Positions 8,437-15,380 of a stretch of DNA of 32,877 nt are shown here, one piece after another. The stretch lies in the NCBI GenBank assembly GCA_028715865.1, contig JAQUQY010000001.1:1-32877 (forward strand), written 5' to 3'. The notes under the pieces were generated by a model. The model had not been told where the DNA came from and made no database searches. It was given only the letters and a program-made list of their open reading frames with translations. A program made the position numbers and the translations under genes. Source of the stretch: Syntrophales bacterium. GTDB taxonomy: Bacteria > Desulfobacterota > Syntrophia > Syntrophales > UBA2210. Numbering within the stretch: the stretch's first letter is position 1; each line of letters starts with the position of its first letter.

Positions 8437-8452
8437 AGCAATACTGGTGCCA
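8437..8452 (-). promoter_or_regulatory. Sigma-54 (-24/-12) promoter: TGGCAC-CAGTA-TTGCT
   Basis: Exact match to the TGGCAC-N5-TTGCW consensus on the minus strand. It lies about 90-120 nt upstream of the DUF5320 start and immediately downstream of a sigma-54 activator gene. Confidence 0.75.
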
Positions 8453-8556
8453 AAGCGCCACCATCATAGCAATTTTTATAACGTCTCGATATTATTGTAT
8501 ATAAATTGAATGGAAAGTATGTGACCGGGATTGGTAGGTTGCGATATAGCTACTGC

Positions 8557-8715
8557 TTATGCCAGCTCAGGCGCATTGATGCTACTCTTATTCTTTCGTG
8601 AAGATCGGCCGTCCTTTTCCGGAAGGGTCATGCCAAGCCTCTTCATTCTGCGGAAGAGTGTGGTTTTATGGATACCAAGTTCCCGTGCCGCCGCGAGGCG
8701 GTTGAAGCCGTTTTT
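8557..8715 (-). pseudogene. Detached Fis-type HTH DNA-binding segment of the sigma-54 activator, in frame behind a TAA stop
   Basis: Hand translation after TAA (8716-8718) gives KNGFNRLAAARELGIHKTTLFRRMKRLGMTLPEKDG...*. This is the canonical C-terminal HTH of NtrC-family enhancer-binding proteins. Confidence 0.7.
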
Positions 8716-10059
8716 TTACAAAGCGGCCTTGATAGCCTGGGTGTCGAGGATTTCGTGGGCGGACCTGATATTCTGATCAATGCCCACCTTTGAACCTCGC
8801 TTCGTCAATTCTTCAGGCAACTGTTCAATCCCGATGTGACCGTCGCCTCGTAAAATAAAGGCCCGCTCAATGACATTCTCCAGCTCCCTGATATTTCCGG
8901 GCCAGTCATGGGCCATGAAAAGCGAGAAGGCTTCCGGTGTCACACCCTGCACTGACTTTTGCTGCAGCCTGTTAAATCGCGCGACAAACTGGGCCGCCAG
9001 GAGAGGAATATCTTCTTTTCGCCGGCGAAGCGGGGGCAATTCAAGACGTACCACGTTCACACGATAATAGAGGTCCTCCCGGAAAAGACCCTGATTCATC
9101 CTGGCCGCGAGATCCCTATTGGTCGCCACAATCACGCGAACATCAGCTTTTTCGGATCTGGTTGATCCAAGGGGCTCAAAGGTTCGCTCCTGAAGTACCC
9201 TGAGAAGCCGGACCTGGAGGGCCGGTGATATCTCGCCTATTTCATCGAGAAACAACGTACCTCCCCGGGCCAGGGCGAAACGGCCGGGCTTGTCACGGTT
9301 GGCGCCAGTAAAGGCTCCAGCCTTGTAGCCGAATAGTTCCGACTCAAGGAGCGTTTCGGGCAGCGCCCCGCAATTGACTGCCACAAAGGGGGAACGGTTT
9401 CGCGGGCTGAGGGAATGAATCGTCCTCGCAACAAGCTCCTTGCCTGTTCCCGTTTCGCCAAGGAGAAGAACGGTGCTGGGGCTTGCGGCAATCGCGGGTA
9501 GAACCTCGAACACCTTCTGCATAAGGGGGCTTCGGCTTGACAGATCACCTACACGGTATTTTCCCTCAAGTTCCTGACGCAGAGCTTCGATTTCCGACAA
9601 GTCCCGGAAGGTCTCCGCCCCGCCGATGACTTCGCCGCGGCCATCCCTAAGCACCGCCGTGGAGATGCTTATTGAAATGCGGTTTCCGTCGGCATCAATA
9701 ATGTATCCTGATTTTCCGATGACAGGTTTGCCCGTCTTCAAGGTTTTCTGAAGCGAGCAGTCTGCCCCGCACATACTGGATCGGAAGACCTCCGAGCAGA
9801 GTCGGCCCAAGGCCTGCTCCCGCGGAACCCCGGTAATCTCTTCGGCTGCCCGGTTGAAGGACGTGACGCGCCATTCCATGTCCACCGTAAAAACACCGTC
9901 AGAGATGCTCTCCAGGATTTCATCCGTCGGAGTACGCATATTCGACACTTTGTTCTTTCTTCCCGTCATAACCGCTTGTTTACCCACGTGTTCCAGGTGC
10001 GTGGATCTTAAAAAATGGTTGCTGTTCTCCCTGCGCCTCTCACGGTTCACCTGCCGCAC
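8716..10059 (-). CDS. Sigma-54-dependent transcriptional activator (PAS sensor plus AAA+ domain), ending prematurely at an in-frame TAA
   Basis: PAS-like N-terminus (ILESISDGVFTVDMEWRVTSFNRAAEEITG). Walker A is LLLGETGTGKE and the GAFTGA loop is YKAGAFTGA, with RELENVIERA near the end of the AAA+ domain. The maximal ORF starts at GTG 10059; ATG 9969 or 9939 is more likely. Confidence 0.85.
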   Translation of the reverse strand: MRQVNRERRRENSNHFLRSTHLEHVGKQAVMTGRKNKVSNMRTPTDEILESISDGVFTVDMEWRVTSFNRAAEEITGVPREQALGRLCSEVFRSSMCGADCSLQKTLKTGKPVIGKSGYIIDADGNRISISISTAVLRDGRGEVIGGAETFRDLSEIEALRQELEGKYRVGDLSSRSPLMQKVFEVLPAIAASPSTVLLLGETGTGKELVARTIHSLSPRNRSPFVAVNCGALPETLLESELFGYKAGAFTGANRDKPGRFALARGGTLFLDEIGEISPALQVRLLRVLQERTFEPLGSTRSEKADVRVIVATNRDLAARMNQGLFREDLYYRVNVVRLELPPLRRRKEDIPLLAAQFVARFNRLQQKSVQGVTPEAFSLFMAHDWPGNIRELENVIERAFILRGDGHIGIEQLPEELTKRGSKVGIDQNIRSAHEILDTQAIKAAL

Positions 10060-10225
10060 CGCCGGTTGTTCGAGCTCACCCTGCTTTGGTTTTTTTCTTA
10101 CAAAATCCCCCTCCTGTTATCGTGCCGGGAGAACTTGGAAGTTCAAAATTTCAAGCATGTAATTGTGTTCTTGCATGATTCTTGGAATTGGTCAATTGTT
10201 GACTAAAAAACGCTTGTCCTGGCAG

Positions 10226-10246
10226 TGAACCGCCCCGGATAGTCCG
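10226..10246 (+). repeat. Solo IS3/IS6110-type terminal inverted-repeat remnant (TGAACCGCCCCGGATAGTCCG)
   Basis: The first 13 nt are identical to the IR at 6091-6103. The next 8 nt resemble the IS6110 right IR as recalled (…GGTGAGTCCGG…). No transposase coding sequence follows. Confidence 0.5.
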
Positions 10247-10374
10247 CTACCCCTTTTTCATCCAGGGAAAAAGCTGCCGGACAAGAAAACTCAAGGGAAA
10301 TAAAACGTAACGGCCGGTAACGGCAGAAACAAGGACAAACAGGAAAAGAGCGTTCAACATCCGGGGTGGGTCAA

Positions 10375-10409
10375 TTTTCGTGATAAAAAGGGATTAGTTT
10401 TCGTGATAA
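10375..10409. repeat. Two direct copies of TTTTCGTGATAA spaced 23 nt start to start
   Basis: Read directly at 10375-10386 and 10398-10409, in non-coding DNA between the activator gene and the csp terminator. Function unknown. Confidence 0.6.
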
Positions 10410-10569
10410 TTGACAGCGGTTATCCTGACAATTACGACCACGGTCAGTAAAAAATGACCCCGGTCTCGTACCGCTCTTCATCCGAAAGGAATTCTCGAAC
10501 TCTCCTTGAGGGCGTGTTTGATGACCGTTAAAGCATACGCGGGACGGTTCAGAGATTGATCTTTGCCGT

Positions 10570-10611
10570 AAAAAAAAGGCACTCACACATGATATTCATG
10601 TAATGAGTGCC
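10570..10611 (-). terminator. Rho-independent terminator of the cold-shock gene
   Basis: GGCACTCA / TGAGTGCC stem with an inner ACATGA/TCATGT extension, followed on the minus strand by eight U. It lies 24 nt after the csp stop. Confidence 0.75.
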
Positions 10612-10634
10612 TGCTTCTGTTCATCTGGCAGACC

Positions 10635-10838
10635 CTAGATGATTTTTACATTCTCTGCTGATGGACCTTTCGCGCCCTTTACAACATCGAAGCTCACGGA
10701 CTGGCCTTCAGTCAAGGTCTTGAATCCACCGGCCTGGATGGCGCTGTAATGCACAAAAACATCACCGCTGCCATCACTCTTCTCGATAAACCCGAAACCT
10801 TTGCCTTCGTTAAACCATTTCACTTTACCTTCTGACAT
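10635..10838 (-). CDS. Cold-shock protein, CspA family
   Basis: 67 aa. [12 protein letters not shown] (RNP-1) and DVFVHYS (RNP-2) motifs. AGGAGG RBS. Confidence 0.95.
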   Translation of the reverse strand: MSEGKVKWFNEGKGFGFIEKSDGSGDVFVHYSAIQAGGFKTLTEGQSVSFDVVKGAKGPSAENVKII

Positions 10839-11007
10839 CGCTTGTATCCTCCTTTCTTAAATTTTCTCAGCCGGATCAAAACGATGACAAGGTAAAAAAA
10901 TAGCCACCCAGACATTAGAGCATGGTGGCCATCCCTCGCACTTCAAAATGTCTCTATCCAACTTTCTGCCGCACTTCTTTAAGGATTAAATATGCAGCAT
11001 GCTGGTG

Positions 11008-11036
11008 ACATTACACCTGTGCTGCTCAATAGTCAA
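11008..11036 (-). promoter_or_regulatory. Candidate sigma-70 promoter of csp (TTGACT - 17 nt - TAATGT), giving a 5' UTR of about 160 nt
   Basis: Hexamers read on the minus strand. The long leader agrees with cspA-type thermosensing UTRs. Confidence 0.4.
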
Positions 11037-11195
11037 GGATTATTTTACTAACAGTTATTTTGTAATGTCTAAGAAACCGGTGCTTACGCGGGAAAGTCCC
11101 TGAAACGTCCCGGGTATTAAGGAGCCGTCGTTAATGGATGTTCTTGACCTGCGCTTGCATGCTTTGCCTATATTAGCATGATATTATTAATAAAA

Positions 11196-11224
11196 TGGCG
11201 GAAGTGCATGGGAATCGAACCCAC
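11196..11224. repeat. Distal att repeat: a 29-bp duplicate of the 3' end of tRNA-Sec
   Basis: TGGCGGAAGTGCATGGGAATCGAACCCAC is identical to 16511-16539. Confidence 0.9.
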
Positions 11225-11436
11225 AGGGCTGATTGCAACAATATGTAATTATTATGATAATTCTTTTTAGAAAAAAGCGGGTACAGAATGGGGACAGCCC
11301 CTGCCACCTGCACAATAATCACCGGCGGATCTCACAGTACTGCATATCTTCAGATACATCTATATGGGTTGGTCGTACGCTTACCCAAAAACAGCTGAAG
11401 TATTGCAAGGTGGTTTTTCAGGTAATCAACTGATTG

Positions 11437-12030
11437 TTAGTTTCGCGATATTTCCTCCCGGAATCGACAAAAACGAATGGACAGCTTCAATAAAAAAAGA
11501 TAAAAACCACTTGTCGAGAGTGTAAACAACTTTATTTTTTCGCTCTTTTCCAAGAACACCGCTAATGGCATAGAGTGGATGTCATCGAGCAAAGCTATGT
11601 ATTCATCATCCAATCCCATGCCTTGCGGCAAATAGAATAAAGTGTATACGTGCTGCTTGCGGATAGCATCAAGTTTAGAATCGATTTCGGTTCTTGATAT
11701 TCCGCTATTCTCAAGTACCTCTATGTAGCTACTCAGCGGAATGATTGGTGCGAAAACTATGTTGACTGGCAAGTCTCTTTCATTGTCGGGATCAATATCG
11801 CAACTATTAGAAAGAATTATTCCCCTAACATTACACAATGTTCTACTGCTATATTCAATTAGCTCAAACGAGTTCCAGCCATCTCCCTGAAGGATTTCAT
11901 CTGGGTACAAACGAGTATAGTACATAAAGTTATCAGGGAAACCCTCCAATGCCCTGATGAGATTATTTTTTTGCTCCTGGGTTAAGTAATATGGAATGTA
12001 GTCTTCAATTGTTTCTCTATTTATCTCCAT
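11437..12030 (-). CDS. Hypothetical protein, cargo gene C (197 aa, no recognised domain)
   Basis: Last gene of the AT-rich operon, 17 nt after gene B. Contains ...RGIILSNSCDIDPDNE.... I could find no Walker, nuclease or HTH motif. Confidence 0.6.
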   Translation of the reverse strand: MEINRETIEDYIPYYLTQEQKNNLIRALEGFPDNFMYYTRLYPDEILQGDGWNSFELIEYSSRTLCNVRGIILSNSCDIDPDNERDLPVNIVFAPIIPLSSYIEVLENSGISRTEIDSKLDAIRKQHVYTLFYLPQGMGLDDEYIALLDDIHSMPLAVFLEKSEKIKLFTLSTSGFYLFLLKLSIRFCRFREEISRN

Positions 12031-12047
12031 ACTTGGGCTCTTGTATG

Positions 12048-12386
12048 TTAGTTCACGTAAAGTTTCCCGATGTTTTCATATAGTACTTTCTCAAACTTTC
12101 TTCCCAAAGGTTCCTGATTCGAAAGTAGATTATGGTAGAATTCAGATATTTTCTCCTCAAAAATAGTGTTTTCAGAATAATGTGAATATGTGAATAGATA
12201 TTTATGTGCATCATTAGTTGGGGTATTAGAGAGTGATCTATACCAACTTGCTCCTACTTTTTCCTTTAATTCCTTATAGTTAACATACGGATCATACGTT
12301 ACGGGCGTTTGAGCTGCCATGATACCAGCGACAATGAAAATTGATCCAATTGTACGCGAGAGATGATTAATGCGATATTCATTCAT
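12048..12386 (-). CDS. Hypothetical small protein with an N-terminal membrane anchor, cargo gene B (112 aa)
   Basis: Hydrophobic segment IGSIFIVAGIMAA near the N-terminus. Its start overlaps the stop of gene A by 8 nt (ATGAATGA). Confidence 0.55.
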   Translation of the reverse strand: MNEYRINHLSRTIGSIFIVAGIMAAQTPVTYDPYVNYKELKEKVGASWYRSLSNTPTNDAHKYLFTYSHYSENTIFEEKISEFYHNLLSNQEPLGRKFEKVLYENIGKLYVN

Positions 12387-13131
12387 AAATTGGCCCCAGT
12401 CTTTCTAGTGTTTCAGCTGTAAGACAACTGAAGAACATCTCTTTGTTTGCAGTATGAATATCTTCAAGCTTATCCTCTAGGCGTGTCAGAAAATCATCAA
12501 ATTTCTCGTCTTGCAAATTACATATCGTATCGATATCAATAACCAATCCCTCAGAAATGATCTTCTTATCAACTGATTCAGCTTTAACTGATGACATGAT
12601 TTGAACAGCCTGAATATATATGGTTCGTGGTATTTCAATACGAATTTGAATGTTTTCTTTTTCCAGTTTGTGCTCACCTATTTGTACTTTAAGCTTGACT
12701 GATGATATCTGGTCTTGCAAGCGAGCTGATGGAATAATATCCACGTACTTCATTGAGTAACGATAAACATTTTGGATAGTGCCAACATCAACAAGGATTT
12801 GTGTAGCTTTCAGAATAAATTCCTTAAAATTATTCCACCCCGGATATGGTAATTTACATGCAATCCCGAAGCTCGCATCTCCAATGAGAATGATAAAGTT
12901 GCCCCAAAAAATTCTAGTCAAAGGTGTGTACTGCAGATTTGAATCATTGTCTCGAATTTCTTTAGGAACACTTGCTGCTCCTAATTGCTCAATTTTTTTC
13001 TCGCCTTCCAGATTCTTAAAAAAAATCCCAGGTAATATGTTAGAAGCAGCAACAGAAGATTTAAATCGCATTTCAAAGACTGCATCAATCAATGGTTCCG
13101 CAGTGAGCTTTATAGGTAATTGCGAAGACAT
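12379..13131 (-). CDS. Hypothetical protein, cargo gene A (250 aa), resembles the uncharacterised TIGR04255 family
   Basis: AAGGA RBS 8-9 nt upstream. The N-terminal signature EPLIDAVFEMRF matches my recollection of the TIGR04255 consensus (P-[LI]-x-E-[AV]-x-x-[ED]-[IL]-R-[FV]). This needs an HMM check. Confidence 0.55.
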   Translation of the reverse strand: MSSQLPIKLTAEPLIDAVFEMRFKSSVAASNILPGIFFKNLEGEKKIEQLGAASVPKEIRDNDSNLQYTPLTRIFWGNFIILIGDASFGIACKLPYPGWNNFKEFILKATQILVDVGTIQNVYRYSMKYVDIIPSARLQDQISSVKLKVQIGEHKLEKENIQIRIEIPRTIYIQAVQIMSSVKAESVDKKIISEGLVIDIDTICNLQDEKFDDFLTRLEDKLEDIHTANKEMFFSCLTAETLERLGPIYE

Positions 13132-13272
13132 TTAGTTTCCTTGGATGTTATCCGGCATGAAGCGTTGTTAGGTAAATAATTCACCGGTAACGTTTGTCCA
13201 TTGACAATGTTCACAACAAAACAATTTAGCCAGTCTGTTAGGTGTGAGAAAGAAGTCCATCATTTACTATAA

Positions 13273-13301
13273 TTCATAATCCTTCTAATGTGTTTTGTCA
13301 A
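13273..13301 (-). promoter_or_regulatory. Weak candidate promoter for the cargo operon (TTGACA - 17 nt - TATGAA)
   Basis: Read on the minus strand, about 140 nt upstream of ATG 13131. The -10 is poor. Confidence 0.25.
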
Positions 13302-13430
13302 TAGTAGCGATTATCCAAGAATATGGCATGATTATATCGATCCAACGAACCACAGGCGGCGAGAATGAGCCTGTAAAGGGCTCGTCGGAGCCGGCATGCA
13401 TTTTTTTTCATCAAAGCAAAAAAAAAGTGC

Positions 13431-13460
13431 TTGACAGGCCTACAGACTCTCATGTACACA
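13431..13460 (+). promoter_or_regulatory. Candidate promoter of the RHH-rep-int module (TTGACA - 18 nt - TACACA)
   Basis: Consensus -35, weak -10. It lies 25 nt upstream of an AGGAGG RBS and ATG 13486. Confidence 0.3.
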
Positions 13461-13485
13461 TTAGTCACTAACAGGAGGTGACACC

Positions 13486-13755
13486 ATGCCCAAAGAAAAA
13501 GGAGACATGCAGGCAGTAACCATCTGGATCAACAAAGACCTGGTGGCACAGATCGACACACTCGCAGAAAAGGGAGACCTTACACGGAGCAAGCTCATCG
13601 GTAATATCATTGAGGTAGGCGTGGAAGAACTCCAGGTAATGAACAAGCTGGGCATATGGGCGGCGGCCCGGATATTCGAGGATATACGACAAGCGTTGAA
13701 GAATCGTCACAAGAGACGAAAAGCCGCCCAGGAATCAAAGGACCAAGAAGAATAA
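13486..13755 (+). CDS. Ribbon-helix-helix (CopG/Arc-like) DNA-binding protein; possible element repressor or excision factor
   Basis: The N-terminal beta-strand plus two helices (QAVTIWINKDLVAQIDTLAEKGDLTRSKLIGNIIEVG) is a typical RHH pattern. Strong RBS. First gene of the replication/integration module. Confidence 0.65.
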   Translation: MPKEKGDMQAVTIWINKDLVAQIDTLAEKGDLTRSKLIGNIIEVGVEELQVMNKLGIWAAARIFEDIRQALKNRHKRRKAAQESKDQEE

Positions 13756-13760
13756 AAAAA

Positions 13761-13797
13761 GGCAAGCACCCGACTTTGGCCGGTCCCGGTGCTTGCC
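13761..13797. other. 10-bp GC-rich hairpin (GGCAAGCACC / GGTGCTTGCC, 17-nt loop) preceded by A7; attenuator/terminator or candidate Rep origin
   Basis: Read directly. It sits between the RHH gene and the small ORF/rep. The U-tract would be on the minus strand only. Confidence 0.35.
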
Positions 13798-13894
13798 CTT
13801 CCCGAAACCTGAGTGTCTTTCGACAGGCTCAAGCAGTTCAACTCTAACAACCTGCCTGATGCGTGTCAAGGACTCTCGAACACAAGGAGTGTCT

Positions 13895-14137
13895 ATGAGG
13901 ACGCGCAGATACAACCGATATCAGCTCGAGAAACATCAAAAGGCGATTAAAACCATTCTTGCCCTCTTTCCTGGGTCCAGAGTTGTCGACACAGGGGATC
14001 AGGATTGCCCGAGGAAACAACCAAGTTATAGTAAGCCCGCGCCGGGAACCGTAGACAGGGCCCAAGCGGGCGGGTCACGGCCTGTAATGGAAAATTATGA
14101 CCTGTTTGAAGGGGAATCAGATGGGGGTGCTATATGA
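13895..14137 (+). CDS. Hypothetical small protein (80 aa)
   Basis: AAGGAG lies 5 nt before ATG 13895. Its stop overlaps the rep start (ATGA at 14134-14137). No similarity recognised. Confidence 0.4.
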   Translation: MRTRRYNRYQLEKHQKAIKTILALFPGSRVVDTGDQDCPRKQPSYSKPAPGTVDRAQAGGSRPVMENYDLFEGESDGGAI

Positions 14138-15327
14138 CTATCAGGCACCCCGCAAAGGTGAAAATTAACGTCTTATCGTCAGGGTTAGATACGGTTGTTT
14201 TATCATTTGACGTAGATTGGAAGGACAGGCAACTATTTGGATATCTTGAAGAAGTTAAAAAGCTATCACAGGAAGTTAGTTGCGATTATCCTGGTTTTCT
14301 CTCACATTTCAAACCTAATGAAAAATGGCCCTTTCATATCAAGCCGAATGGCACAAAGGGGTATTCCTGGATTCTCGTCAATAATGATTTCACATTCAAG
14401 ATTGCCGACAGGCAAAACCCTGGGCCAAGGCCCAATATGATGGTTGAAATCAGATCAGAGGCCCTATGGCGGTTAGGACCTCAGGAAGCCAAAGAAATCG
14501 CTTACAAGGTCATCCGGGCAAGCCAGGGGAATATTGTTGACGTTAAGCCAAGTCGGGTTGATCTTTGTCTTGATTTCATGGTGCCGGAAAAATACTGGAC
14601 CCAGTCGCTGCTTGACTATGCAGTTACCAGGGCAACGGATTTTACACCCTATTATACTCACAGGAAATTGAACGGAATCAGGATCGGCAAGGGCAACATA
14701 TCAGCCCGTTTGTATGACAAGCCCCTGGAGATCCGACAGAAATCAAAGAAATTCTGGATGTACGATATATGGGGGATTGATGAGGTTCCGCCAGATCAGA
14801 AAATAATCCGTATCGAATTTCAGCTAAGAAGGCCGGTGCTGAAAGAACTCGGCCTGAACTGTGATCGTGACCTAATCAATAAGGCTACCGGTGCCTGGGC
14901 CTATTGTACCGGTGAATGGTTAAAGTTTCAGGATCGGCCGGGATTGCACCACACGCAACGGAGAACATTTGATTGGTACAGGCACATACAGGAGGGCTTT
15001 CAGGGAGCCCAAGATGCAGAACCCCTCATCAGAAACAAGGCTGTGCGAGTTGATAAGAAGCGCCTGCTTCAGCAGATCAATGGATCGATAATATCATTGA
15101 AAGCCATAGAACAGGAGGAACGGGGAATCAATGACAGCGGACCTCTAACAATGCAGGATGCGGTCCTTACCTATGCCCAGGAGATAACGAACCATCAGAT
15201 GGAGTATGAGGATATTCAGGAAAGGTTGAAAAAGAAAAGGGCACGGTATCACCGGGAGCTTTCATTGTCGAAGAATCTAGAAGGTGAGGACATGTACGAG
15301 CTCCGAGAGGCCCAAGAATCATGTTGA
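14134..15327 (+). CDS. Replication initiation protein (Rep_trans / phage-plasmid gene II-like rolling-circle initiator)
   Basis: Motif series SRVDLCLDF, ARLYDKPLEI and IIRIEFQLRR matches the R-x-D-x-x-x-D, Y-D-K-x-x-E and R-[IV]-E-x-x-L-R pattern I associate with PF02486-type initiators. Confidence 0.65.
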   Translation: MTIRHPAKVKINVLSSGLDTVVLSFDVDWKDRQLFGYLEEVKKLSQEVSCDYPGFLSHFKPNEKWPFHIKPNGTKGYSWILVNNDFTFKIADRQNPGPRPNMMVEIRSEALWRLGPQEAKEIAYKVIRASQGNIVDVKPSRVDLCLDFMVPEKYWTQSLLDYAVTRATDFTPYYTHRKLNGIRIGKGNISARLYDKPLEIRQKSKKFWMYDIWGIDEVPPDQKIIRIEFQLRRPVLKELGLNCDRDLINKATGAWAYCTGEWLKFQDRPGLHHTQRRTFDWYRHIQEGFQGAQDAEPLIRNKAVRVDKKRLLQQINGSIISLKAIEQEERGINDSGPLTMQDAVLTYAQEITNHQMEYEDIQERLKKKRARYHRELSLSKNLEGEDMYELREAQESC

Positions 15328-15380
15328 CCCATGCCCTCAAATGTCACATAACCTCTCAAAAGAGAGGGGGTGGCTTTTGC

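Noticed and set aside
10371-10586. 71-aa minus-strand ORF in the gap between csp and the activator.
   Set aside because: It has no RBS, an odd composition, and starts inside the csp terminator region. I treat the region as non-coding, while noting the direct repeats separately.
11233-11433. 66-aa plus-strand ORF just inside the distal att repeat.
   Set aside because: It has a non-ATG start, no RBS, and a Cys/His/Ile-rich low-complexity translation. It runs convergently into the cargo gene C stop. Probably non-coding element DNA.
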